Below are positions 13,870-25,424 of a DNA stretch of 64,000 nt, piece after piece; the stretch's first letter is position 1, and every line of letters begins with the position of its first letter. The DNA is from Octopus sinensis (taxonomy: Eukaryota). The notes below the pieces were generated by a model that was given only the letters and a program-made list of their open reading frames with translations, was not told the DNA's origin and made no database searches. A program made the translations under genes and the position numbers. The stretch is from the NCBI RefSeq assembly GCF_006345805.1, contig NC_043019.1, positions 25,295,360-25,359,359 on the forward strand, read 5' to 3'.

Positions 13870-14125
13870 TATATATATGATGATGATTGGTTCTCTTGTT
13901 GTGAACAACTGAGAGTTCAGTAAAATAAAGTATTAATCATGTTCTGTGGACACGAACGAGTCTCTTGAGGCTTGCTGGTACCTTGCAAACCTTTTGGCAA
14001 ATGGAACAAGTTGAGCACTCTGTTTCTTTGAGTGCTTGTGAATCATTCACTATGTGTTTTCTTGAGTGGACTGCAAGTCCTGATTTGCTTTGTACCATAG
14101 AACCACTTTGACAGGTGAGGTATAT
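13870..14125 (-). mobile_element. Probable RTE-type LINE 3' end with degenerate C2H2-like C-terminus and (CAT)n tail
   Basis: Minus-strand CQ..KSGLAVHSRKH and CSICQKVCKVPASLKRLVRVHRT*, followed by gagaaccaatcatcatcatatata. Confidence 0.5.
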
Positions 14126-14330
14126 ATAAACGAACATATTTAGTTTAAAAGTATGTTTTCTAAAAATATTTGTCATGCCCTGAAAAGGAGAAAATTTAAA
14201 AAACCTTTAAAAATGAAAGTATTGAAAAAATTTGTATGAAAATTAAAAAATTCTTTTTTATTTAAGTTAAAAACAAATTTTTTGTGATAATTAATATTTA
14301 TGTTTGTTTTCTTTTCTTTCTAATCTGCAG

Positions 14331-14591
14331 GTTGAGGAATAAAGCAAATGACGAGACGATGATATCTTCCAATACAGATATGGGACAAAATGATGCTATT
14401 TCTTGGTGTTTGCAAGACCCTCTACTTTCATTGATGTATGTCCCTTCTTTAAATAAGGACAAGAATATATGTACATATAATGACAAACCCAATCCTGCTT
14501 TTGCACTGCCACCCTTTTATACACAGGAAGTCATCTTGGGTGTAAAATTGATTTGGAAGTCTTCTACGTTGAGTCTTGGGCATTGTTGAAG
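14331..14591 (+). other. 5' (UTR) part of the large neurabin exon
   Basis: Strong acceptor tttgttttcttttctttctaatctgcag|g at 14330/14331, with a branch-like ctaat. No other exon boundary is visible before the ATG at 14592. Confidence 0.7.
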
Positions 14592-16528
14592 ATGGCTAAT
14601 CCTATAAGCAGTGCAAGAGAAGAAGTTGTGGCTGCCAGCCGGTCACGAAGTGGAAGTAATAGCGGTAGTATACATAGAGCTGACTTGCGATCGTCTTCAC
14701 CTGAAGACTTTGCTTGCCAGCAGCAGTTTCAAAATTTGAAATCTTCATTTGAAGATTTAGCTTCTGAACGATCGAGGAACAGAAATCGGTGCGGGACTAA
14801 CGTAAGTAAATTAAAAAACATATTTAATTCTGCAAAGAGTGAAGAAAAGATACAAACGTCTCATGGTTTTGCTTCGGAGGTATCTCCGGAATATATGCAG
14901 AAGAGAAGCGTAGATGGCTCGGGAGTGAAACCGAAAGAATCTTCCCCCACAAAAACCTCTCCATTGCTGAAAGCATCAAATCATGTTCAACGGTTCAACA
15001 GCACGCGTGCTATGTTTGCCAAACTTGAAGAAGAGACTCGTATTGCAAAAGAACGGTCTCGAAAAGTTGGCGGCAGAAGCAGAAACTTGAGTATCACTTC
15101 TCCAATCTGGTCACCAACTTCTAGTTCTTCCGCAAGTCCAGAAAATCGAAAGCGGTCACCATCCCAAGAATCGCTTGGTTCATCACAGGGGGATTCATCG
15201 TTGAAATCAAAACTGAATGACACACATTCGAGTTCAGACTCAAAGCTTTCGAAATGTAACGCTAAAGTAGATAATAATTTGAAGTCTTCTGTGAAGGATC
15301 AATTTCTGCGGCCGAGAGGTTGTAGCGACCCAAACTTAATGATTAAAGATTCTGTCTCTCAGCCAAACTACAACATTCCTGATTCAGAATCAACAATCGT
15401 AAAATCAGTTGCAAGTGCAGAGTCTGCAGCTGCACTGGTTAAAAACTCAATAACTACAGGTAGCCCAACTGTGCACACAAGCTTGAAAAGTCCAGCTGGG
15501 TCCCTGAATGATAAGAATGAACTATGTAACGTTTCCGGAAATCTTCTCTGGAAGAGAAAACAAATGAAGCGAGCAGTGTTGCTTGATTTGGACCAGTGTA
15601 AAGTGACAAGTTTAAATGTAGATAAAAATAGAGATTATTCCTCACAAAAATCTTTAAACGACAATCTTGATAGTCCTGAGAGCTCCGTTGAGGAAACGCG
15701 AACATTTTCAACACCAGATTCATCTGTCAGCTATCCACATAGTGATAACAGTGCAGCATGTTCGACAGAAGATATCCCAGCGGGCATGTTGTCGAGGGAT
15801 TTTCAAGATGAAGAGAATGAATTTAGTAGTTATGGACTTTTAGAAGAAATTGAATCAGATTTATCATCAAGGGGTACTCAGCTTCTATTGCATAGCAGCC
15901 ATGGAATTAAAAAAGATGCTGATGAAATTCAAATGGAAGAAGAATTTCATCAATTTAATCAGCTTCATCAGGTTCCAAGAGTGTCTGATGGTCTCAATGA
16001 TGGCATTAACGACATTGATAAGTTGAGTGAGGTGTCGAGCTCTGATGTTACTTCGTCTTATCGCAATAGTGTCATTGAAATGACCTCTCCCCAACTTGAA
16101 GACAGCCCAACTGGAGCACACAAGGAATTTTTAACCACAGAAAACAGAGTACAATTTCCAAAAGTAATGCCTTCACCCACAAATACTTGTGTAAATGTGC
16201 CAGTTGTGTCCCCACCGGTTCCTCCACCGCGAAAATCTATTCCAAAATCCCCTGAAAACAAGGACCTTATGTTTATTTCAAAAACTGTGAGTGGCTGTCC
16301 TGTGTCTGCAGACAATCTGTCCTCAAAATATTCCGACCTTCAAGGAACCAACGGAGAGGTTGCAAAGTCCGCCCACCCTCCGATGGAATACACTAGTTAT
16401 GAGGCTGAAGATGAAGAAAGTTCATCGCAGGCTTTATCAGAAAAGGATATTTTATTCCAAATAACAGATGAACATACCCCAGTCGAGGCTATGACTCCCG
16501 ATGAACAAGATAAACTACTCAGTCGAGA
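14592..16528 (+). CDS. PPP1R9A: Neurabin/spinophilin (PPP1R9-family) large N-terminal coding exon: F-actin-binding region plus long Ser/acidic disordered segment
   Basis: Lies within the 659-aa ORF; first ATG 14592 in good context (aagATGg). LRSSSP..QQQFQNLKSSFE..RNRCGTNVSKLKNIF parallels the vertebrate neurabin N-terminus as I recall it (LRSASP..TEFQALKSTFD..RKYGSNVNRIKNLF). NHVQRFNSTRAMFAKLE and MTPDEQDKLLS resemble invertebrate spinophilin motifs. Ends at GA|gtaagt donor (phase 2). One invertebrate gene is co-orthologous to PPP1R9A and PPP1R9B. Confidence 0.85.
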
Positions 16529-17489
16529 GTAAGTAAAATAAGTTTTCTCTTTTTATTGTTTATAAACATATCTTGATGAGTTGATGGCAGAATTGATAGT
16601 GTGCCAGACAAAATACCTTGTGGTGTTTAATTACATCTCTTCATAATCTGAGTTCAAATTTTGCCAGTAAAGACTTTGTTTTAATCATTCTGGCAAAATT
16701 TGTATAAAAGATTTTGAGAGATTGTGAGTTTGATATTTGTATCAAGATGGAAGGTTTGTTAGTTGTGTGTTGCTTTTGTATAAGGAAGGAGTCTGTAGTG
16801 CAGGAATATTTGGCTGCTATGTTTAGCAAGTCAATAGCCTACATAAGAAGTTGCTTCATCTGAAGGTAAGTTTATCGATGCTAGAGGTACGATGGCATTT
16901 TGCCATGTAAAGTAATTCCTTTTGATGATCACTTAGTTTACACAATGTCTAAATTTGAATACCCATCCAACCAGTTTATGTTAAGGTGGGGAATATTGAA
17001 CTTGTATTGACAATCTTTGCTTGTGATTTACATGTCGGAACAACATCAATTAATGATCTTCTTTTAATTTGTTGGGCAAATGGCCACTTCTAGTCCAGGC
17101 AATTGGCCATTTATATATGCTTGTCTTTTATTTTGTCTGTTTAATTATCTGTAGCAACTTAATTGCTAAATTCCACGTATAAAAAAGAAATAAATACTTT
17201 ATTTATTCTTTATAAATGGTCAATTATTTGACTTTTTGTACTAACAGAATTTAATAGCAAGAGGATGTGGATGAATGGCTGAGGTATTCGACTGCCAACT
17301 TGTAGTTTGTGAGTTCAAACCAGGAACAGGCAGTCTAATTGTGTTTCTTGACAAAACAGCATTATTATTCACCTTGCTCCACATATAGCTGGTGAGGAAT
17401 GATAGCATTATGTATAGGATACGTTGAATAAACTGTTGTCTAATTTATACAAAAATGAAAAAAACACTGACATCTCATTTTAACAGATA

Positions 17490-18600
17490 TATTTACCAAA
17501 ATTGCATAAAAATATCTTGAAATACTAAAGTGTAAATTTATTCAATAAAATCTCCATTGGCTTCAACCACGGTCTCCAGATGACTTCGGAATCTCCTGCA
17601 ACTCTTCTGGACAGTATCCTTGTTTAAGTTGGTGAATGCTGCCATAATCTTTGCCTTCAGTTCATCTTTGGTGTTACAAGGCATTTTGTTGGTCTCTTGT
17701 TCAACTGTGTCCCACACATAATAATCAAAGGGGTTGCAGTTTGGGGAGTTGGGAGTTAGTGGCTAGATGTTAGTGGTTAGGGGTGATGTGGTTGCAGAAA
17801 TTGTCTGACAGCCATGACTAGGTTCTCCTCGTGTAGGATGGTGCAGAGTCCTTTTGCCAGACATAGGGTGTTCCAGCAGCCACCTTTTGACCCAGAGCAA
17901 GACTACCTCTTCTAGGCACTTGATGTGGGCCTCCATGTTGAGTCTGAGGCTGTGTGGGAAGTTGAATGGAGGCATAACATCACCATCACTAGTGATCAGT
18001 CCTAACACCGTGATGTTGACTGGATGTTTGATTTTTATCACTCTTGGTACATGCTTCGTGGCATGGTCTTTTCTCTTGCCCTTGGTGGCTTGGGATAAAA
18101 ATTGTCCTTTCTCATCTTGTATGATGAATACCAAATGTCTTCATGCACCACCTGCTTGATAAGAAGCTCAGACGCTCCCATGTTCCTGGCAAAGGACCTG
18201 ATTAACTTAGAGGGATCATTGTCAGTCATGGCCTGGATCTCACCAACAAATTCAGGTATTCTTTTCTTATCAGAACAATCAGAGTGAGTTTTCTGAATTA
18301 CTGTACCTTTGTAATCACTATTAGATTCATCCAACTCTTTCCGAATCCTCTGCACTTTCCTCAGATTGACACCCAAGCACTCTGAAATGTTCGCATTGGA
18401 GCTTCCGGCACGAATGCCAAGCAATACAGCATGTCCTTTCCAAATTTCTGGCTGAGTGAATTGTGTCATGGTGCTGTTTTTCTCACAGATGGTGCCCAAC
18501 TGACCCTACTATGCTGTGTAGTTGACAAAATCAAAAACAAACAATGCACATGCATGAAATTAGAAATATAAAATGGTAACAATTTACCCATTGTACCCTG
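17490..18600 (-). mobile_element. Decayed Tc1/mariner transposon (maT/DD37D-like), frameshifted transposase ~18469-17538
   Basis: HTH region (..ISECLGVNLRKVQRIRKELD..), then KHPVNITVLGLITSDGDVMPP, WQQDSAP, NPFDYYVWDTVE..CNTKDELKAKI in shifting frames with stops. TIR-like end cagggtacaatgggtaaattg at 18600; no matching TIR seen at the other end. Confidence 0.85.
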
Positions 18601-18628
18601 CACATGTGTGTGTATGTTTATATACAAA

Positions 18629-18667
<39 letters not shown>

Positions 18668-18707
18668 TATATATATATATATATATAAATACACACACAC
18701 ACTCTCT

Positions 18708-19114
18708 CTCTTTACTCTTTTACTTGTTTCAGTCATTTGACTGCGACCATGCTGGAGCACTGCCTTTAATCGAGAAAATAGACCCCGGGACTTATTCTTT
18801 TGTAAGCCGAGTACTTATTCTATCGGTCTCTTTTACTGAACCGCTAAGTAACGGGGACATAAACACACCAGCATCGGTTGTCAAGCAATGCTAGGGGGAC
18901 AAACACAGACACACAAACACACACACACATATACACATATATACATACATACGACAGGCTTCTTTCAGTTTCCGTCTACCAAATCCACTCACAAGGCTTT
19001 TGTTGGCTTGAGGCTATAGTAGAAGACACTTGCCCAAGTTGCCACGCAGTGGGACTGAACCTGGAACCATGTGGTTGGTAAACAAGCTACTTACCACACA
19101 GCCACTCCTGCACC
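18708..19114 (-). mobile_element. SINE family A
   Basis: Reverse complement of the 53705 copy. Confidence 0.85.
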
Positions 19115-19494
19115 ATATATATATATATGCACACACATATACATACATCCACACAGACATATAGGCATATGCACACACACACACACACATCGAGACATAG
19201 ATGTATAGACACCATACATACATCCACACACGCACATAACCTAGCATTGTTTTGGTGTTCACTTCTCCGTGCATGCTTGTGTCACGTGATGACGATGACA
19301 CGCTTTATTGAAGCCAGATTTTCTCCGGCTCAGTGCACTTCTTGTCACTTAATGTCACCTGTTTTCCATCCAAGGGAAAATTTCTGCTTGTTTAACAAAC
19401 GACAAGGATTGCAAATAAACGACTCTTTTGTGTGAACAGTCAGTTTTTGTTTGCAATCAGCAAACACGTGTCAAGGAAAGCAAAGTATATGCTT

Positions 19495-19940
19495 GCATGC
19501 ACACCCACCCACACATGCACACACATTTATTTACACAAACATGCACATGCACTTATTTACACACACACACACACACATGCACATACACACACGAACATGC
19601 ACACACACACACATGCACACACACACACGCACACACACACACACACACACATGCACACACACACATGCACACACACACACGCACACACACACACATGCAC
19701 ACACACACACATGCACACATACACACGCACACACACACACACACACACACATGCACACACACACATGCACACACACACATGCACACACACACATGCACAC
19801 ACCACACATGCACACATACACATGCGCACACACACACACACACATGCACACACACATGCACACACACATGCACACACACACATCCATACACACATATGCA
19901 CACACACACACATGCACACACACACCATGCACACACACGT
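19495..19940. repeat. Compound (CA)n/(CACATG) microsatellite
   Basis: Direct reading; explains the HT/CV-rich ORFs at 19428-20058. Confidence 0.95.
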
Positions 19941-20299
19941 GTGTTTGTGTGTAATAGAAGTAAAATTATTTTGTTTTCCACGTTTCTTTATTAAAAATTG
20001 GTACATGTTGTTGTTGATGCCTTATTCAGTTTTTTTCCCTATGCGCTGGACCATGTAAAAGGCACCTGGGCAGGTGACACCTATATAGCACTTTTGCTGG
20101 TCCCATGTAAAAAAGCACCCAGTACCCTCTGTAAAATGGTTGGTATAAGGAAAGGCATCTTTGTCAGAACAGACAATTGGAGCCTGGCACAGGTCTCTGG
20201 CATGCCAGTTCTTGTCAATCCATCTAACTCATGCCAGCATGGAAAATGGATGTTAAATGCTGCTGGGAGTGGTGGGAACGAAATGTTTTTTTAAAAATT

Positions 20300-20685
20300 T
20301 TTTCGTAGTTAGTTAATTTTTGGGCTCAAAAAGCAAAAAAGCAAGGCCATGTAGGGGGACATGGAGTTATGTACAGGGAGGGTGTTCATGCAAAGAGTTC
20401 AGGCCATTTCTGGTCAAGAGAGACTTTGAACCGAGCGGTCGTCGGCATCTTCACCATCTCGTCCGGCAGCTTATTCCACGGATCCGCAACCCGGATGGAG
20501 AAAGCCCCTCTCCTACGATTGAGATGAAATCGTCGCAGATAGAGCTTTTCGGAATGACCCCGCAGCCGACACTCTGGAGCAGGAGTGAAGAACAGCTCTT
20601 TCGAGAGGTTACACTTTCCGCTTATGATGTTGTGAGCAAGAATGAGATCACCACGGCGTTGTCATGCCATGGTGGATCCTATTCT
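20300..20685 (-). mobile_element. CR1-type LINE 3' fragment
   Basis: Minus translation QRRGDLILAHNIISGKCNLSKELFF..LRGHSEKLYL..RRGAFSIRVADPWNKLPDEMV..FKVSLDQKW is the typical CR1 ORF2 C-terminus, followed by a 3' UTR and short (AACT)n tail. Confidence 0.85.
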
Positions 20686-21029
20686 CCGTCTCTGACATTC
20701 ATGGGAATTATTGATGTCTTGCTCTTGTCTAAAGTAAATCCTTTTCTTCATGTTAAACAGCGTCATCACTGCATCAGTATCGTTGTCATCACCGTCATCA
20801 GTGTTGTCATCAGTATTGATGTTCTCATCATTGTCCATTTTCTTGTGTCCCATAACATGCAGGGCTAAATGCAGACTAATTCTGGAACAGCCACTTAATG
20901 TACAATATTTTCTGGGCACAAACACCCCAAATTGTTAAGTACCCAACATGGGTGGACATAGAGGAAAGCAATACTTTTTTTATCCAAATTCTCACCACTC
21001 AGTAAATTCTGCTTAAAATATCCCCAAAA

Positions 21030-21594
21030 GCACAGCAGGCCCAAGTATTGTTTTTTGTTCAAACTGACCATATCCAGCCTCTCACACCTACCTTACAATG
21101 TCATTCTGAAAATGAACAATTACATCATTGAAATCTTGAAGCTTCAGTATAATGCATGATAAGTTCAAAACCCCGTGAATAAATAAGCATTATATTTGAC
21201 AGAGGGGCATGGCTCAGTGGTTAAAGTGTTGGCTTCACGATCATGAAGTAATGAGTTCGATTCCCAGAATGGGCTGTGTTGCGTTCTTGAGCAAGATACT
21301 TTATTTCATGTTGCTTCAGTTCACTCAGTTATAGAAATGAGTTGCGACATCACTGGTGCCAAGCTGTATCGGTCCTTTTGCTTTTCTCTTGGATAACATC
21401 AGTGGAGTGGAGAGAGGAGGCTGATATGCATGGGCGACTGCTGGTCTTCCATAAACAATCTTGCCTAGACTTGTACTTTGGAGGGGAACTTTTTGGGTGC
21501 AACTCCATGGTCATTCATGACCGAAGGGGGTCTTTACCCACCGCCCTTTACTCCATTTACATTTGACAGAGTAATCAAAATGCTAAAGTGTTAA
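21030..21594 (+). mobile_element. piggyBac-type MITE family 2 copy interrupted by a SINE
   Basis: MITE body resumes after the SINE at 21561 and ends aatgctaaagtgttaa. Confidence 0.65.
21204..21560 (+). mobile_element. SINE family C inserted in a piggyBac MITE
   Basis: TSD atttgacaga at 21194-21203 and 21561-21570. Confidence 0.8.
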
Positions 21595-22199
21595 GATTCC
21601 TACATGACCAGAAATATATATTTTCTTATATTTTTCTGTAGCAATGATGAGGTCTTTTGTGAATATATTTGTGGAAACTTTCAAATATTTGCCCTGGAAT
21701 GACTTGCTTTAATGCATTTCAAATTACAATTAATTAAACTATTAACGAAGAACACCAAGTCTCCAGATCATATTCAGGTTATTCTGTTCTACTTCCAGCC
21801 AAGACAACAATGCTTCACTTATTTAAGTTTTTCTTAATTGCAAAAGAAAGCACACCTACTTTATTGTTGCTGGCCAGGAGGGAGGGCTGATCTAGATAGA
21901 GATGGCTGGGAAGGAGGTCTGAACCAGTTATAAAAGTACTTCAGCTATAAATATTATAATCTTTGTGAGTTCAAGCACAGGAGTTTAACACAGTCGAGTT
22001 GACGCTAAAATGTGATGAAGTGGAAAGAGATTTATGGTTAATTGTTTATTATTCTGGTTTATTATTTAATCCTGGCCATGAAATCTGTTGAATGTCTTCT
22101 CTGTCTGATTGTTATTGGGAGTCTTGTGTTAATAAAAATAAACAAAGTTATAGACAAGACTCAGTCAGTAAGTGAGTCATGCTGGTGTATTTTAATTTC

Positions 22200-22462
22200 G
22201 TTTTTATCTTTTGCTTTGCATCAGTCTTTAGATTGTGGCCATGCTGGGGCACCATCTTAAAGAGTTTTTGATTCCATTCCTTTTTTTTTTTCTTTTTCTT
22301 CTGAAGCCTGGTACTTATTCTAATGGTCTCTTTTGCCGAACTGCTAAATTATGGGAATGGAAACAAACCAACACCGCTTGTCAAACAATGTTCGGGGAGA
22401 GAGAGTCACACACACACCACACACACACCCACACTCACACCCACACACGCACACACACACTC

Positions 22463-22560
<98 letters not shown>

Positions 22561-22732
22561 TACATACACACACACACACGATGGTCTTGTTTCAGTTTTT
22601 GTCTTTCAAATCCACTCACATGGCTTTGGTCAGCCCGAGGCTATAGTAGGAGACATTAGCTCAAGGTGCCATGCCAAGGGACTGAACCCAGAACCATGTG
22701 CTTGAGAAGCAAACTTCTTACCACACAGCCAT
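22200..22732 (-). mobile_element. SINE family A with expanded (CA)n middle
   Basis: Family A ends surround a ~175-bp CA tract. Confidence 0.75.
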
Positions 22733-23654
22733 TGTATTGCTGGTGGTGGTGGCGGTGAAGAAGAAGAAGAAGAAGAAGAAGAAATACTGGAGAATTAATT
22801 GTTTATGGCCAAAGTTCTGACAAAAGCCAAAATTGAGAGCAGGACATTGAGGGAAATTTTGTGGTTCTTTGAACTTAAACAACAAAAGAAGAAAGAAAAA
22901 AAAAACGAAATTTTTCAAAGAATAATTCACTACACCGATATTGTGTTGTTGAAGACTGGGTCTTTAGATCCACTTGTTTTACATTCCTGGCTTTGATTCT
23001 CTCTCAAAGCGTTGTGTGGCCAATAGAGGAGATTTTATTGTTCTACCAGAACAGATAAAAGCTATTATATGTGTGAGAAGTGTGAGACCTAGTAAAAAAT
23101 TACATTTGTTCTCTCTTGAATTCCAGACAATTTACAGGCGTGAGTTGGTGTGAATTTTTGTTCATTCTGTTGGTTATGGTTATCATTCCCATTTCCAAAA
23201 CAGACGATGTTTTTATTGATCTCGAGAGGGACAAGGAAAGAAAGTGTCGGATGAGGTTTGAACTCAAATTTAATGATTCAAACTGGAGCCATGTGTTTAA
23301 AAATTGCTTTCACTGTTTGTCCGCCCCCCTCCTCTCTCTCTCTCTCCCTCTTTCTCTCTCTCTCTCCCTCTTTCTTTCTCTCTCTCCCTCTTTCTCTCTC
23401 TCTCTCCCTCTTTCTTTCTCTCTCTTTCTCTCTCTCTCTGTCTCGCACACACACTAAATTATTGAATAAAAGTAGTCTCCCTTAGTAGCTTAGCCTACTA
23501 AGGGAACAAGAGTTACTTCCCTTCAGTTAATCTCTGTCTTGCCTGAAGGGAAGCTAAAAATGTTTTGCGAATTTAGCTCTTCACATGATTCCATTATTTT
23601 ATTTTATTTTATTTTATTTTATTTTATTTTATTCTATTTCCTTTCTATTTTCAG

Positions 23655-23693
23655 TCTCCATCAGGATTATCTTTCTCCTCCAAGAACACACGT
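23655..23693 (+). CDS. Candidate 39-nt symmetric cassette exon
   Basis: Long pyrimidine tract ending ttttcag| and cgt|gtaagt donor. 39 nt, open in phase 2 (D-LHQDYLSPPRTH-V) and also in the other two frames. Confidence 0.45.
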
Positions 23694-24580
23694 GTAAGTT
23701 GAAGGCATCTTGCCATCTTTGTCATATTATATATATACTTATACTATCTCAATGCATCTATTTCCTTTGGCGCTGTGAAACCACCTGCGTAGTACAAAGG
23801 TGCGCGCGCGTGTGTGTGTGAGGTTTATATCTTTACCTTTTATTCTTTGACTTATTTCAGTCCTTGGACTGCAATCATGCCGGGGCACTGTCGTCAGGAG
23901 TTTCAATTGAACAAATCAACCAGAGTACTTTTTTTTTTTCCCCTTTAGCTTGGTCCTTATCCTATCGGTCCCTTACACCAAACTGCTAAGTTGCTGGGAT
24001 GTAAGTAAACAAGCCAATATGCGTTGTCAAGCGGTGTGAGTGACAAACACAAAGACACACACTGGTATATGTGTGTGTATCTCTTATTATAAAAGGCAGA
24101 TTTTATCTGCCTCCCTTTGGGAGTTATACAAATCTACAATATAAGATTTCTTCAATTACAATTTACCTTGCATTTTTACGAGTACAATGCATCGCGTCAT
24201 GCCAGGTCCAGTTTTTAAAATTTAAACTCCAGTTAAGCAAAATTTACAGAAAACTCACATTCTGGTGTGTGTGTCAAATGCTTTTCTTAGTCTGGTTTAC
24301 AGCACACGCAAACGCACACACACAGTGGGCAACGAATAAAATGAAAGTAATTGACTTACTGTAGTGAGTGATTCTTTCACTCTGCCTCCCACTTCCTCTT
24401 TCCACACAGACACGCAAATATATAAATAAAATTGTAAGCTAACGTGAGTGGGTGTGTGTGGGTGTGCGCGTGTGTGTGTGTGAGGGTGCATGTGTGTGTG
24501 TGTGTGTGTGCGTGTGCGTGAGTGTGTGACAGGAAAGTTTTTTTACGACGAATATAACACCTATATCCAAGTAGCAGAAA

Positions 24581-25059
24581 GATAAGACAGTAAGGTGTGA
24601 TTTGAGGGAGATTTGGCTGCTATTTCTACCATGTCTAGCTGCCATGTAGGGGTCTCCCTCATAGGCTCATACATACATATATACATAGATAAGACAGTAA
24701 GGTGTGATTTGGGGGAAATTTGGCTGCTATTTCTACCAGGTCTAGCTGCCATGTAGGGGTCTCCCTCATAGGCTCATACATACATATATACATAGATAAG
24801 ACAGTAAGGTGTGATTTGGGGGAAATTTGGCTGCTATTTCTACCAGGTCTAGCTGCCATGTAGGGGTCTCCCTCATAGGCTCATACATACATATATACAT
24901 AGATAAGACAGTAAGGTGTGATTGGGGGAAATTTGGCTGCTATTTCTACCAGGTCTAGCTACCATGTAGAGGTCCCCCTCATTGGCTCATATATATATAC
25001 ATACATAAGACAGTAAGGTGTGATTTGAGGGAGATTTGGCTGCTGTTTCTACCAGGTCT
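24581..25059 (+). repeat. 107-bp tandem repeat, ~4.5 copies
   Basis: Unit starts gataagacagtaagg at 24581, 24688, 24795, 24902 and ~25004; central copies near-identical. Confidence 0.95.
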
Positions 25060-25424
25060 GTTAGGCCTTCTCATGTAAACTCAAGCTTTCTCATGCCTTC
25101 AACATATGACCAAAGCAGAGAATGTATTCTTTTATTCTTCTGCTTTTTCCAGCCATTGGTCTGTGGCCATGCTGGGGCAATGCCTTGAAGAATTGTAGTT
25201 TAATGAATCAACTCCAGTTTTATTTTTGTAAGCATTGTACTTATTCTATCTGTTTCCTTTGTCAAACCACTAGGTGACAGGGATGTAAACAAACCAACAT
25301 TCGTTGTCAAGCAGTGGTGGAGGACAATCACAAGCACAGACACGCACACAAACACACATACATGCATACACATATACACACATACATACATACATACATA
25401 TATATATATGTGTGTATATATATA

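Noticed and set aside
13937-14176. C2H2-like peptide as a member of the cephalopod ZNF expansion
   Set aside because: Degenerate ligands, no TGEKP linkers, and followed by a retroelement-type (CAT)n tail; better explained as a LINE 3' end.
16827-16865. 39-nt segment ending in a consensus aag|gtaagt donor
   Set aside because: The acceptor is weak and lies in a dispersed repeat motif, and phase 2 contains TGA. At most a cryptic poison exon.
19428-20058. Stack of His/Thr- and Cys/Val-rich ORFs of 135-208 aa (also 4182-4575, 22235-22705)
   Set aside because: Translations of CA/CACATG microsatellites.
20320-20868. 182-aa + strand ORF
   Set aside because: Antisense reading of a CR1 LINE fragment.
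24581-25059. Regularly spaced repeats suggesting a CRISPR array
   Set aside because: Whole units are identical with no unique spacers; eukaryotic context; no cas genes.
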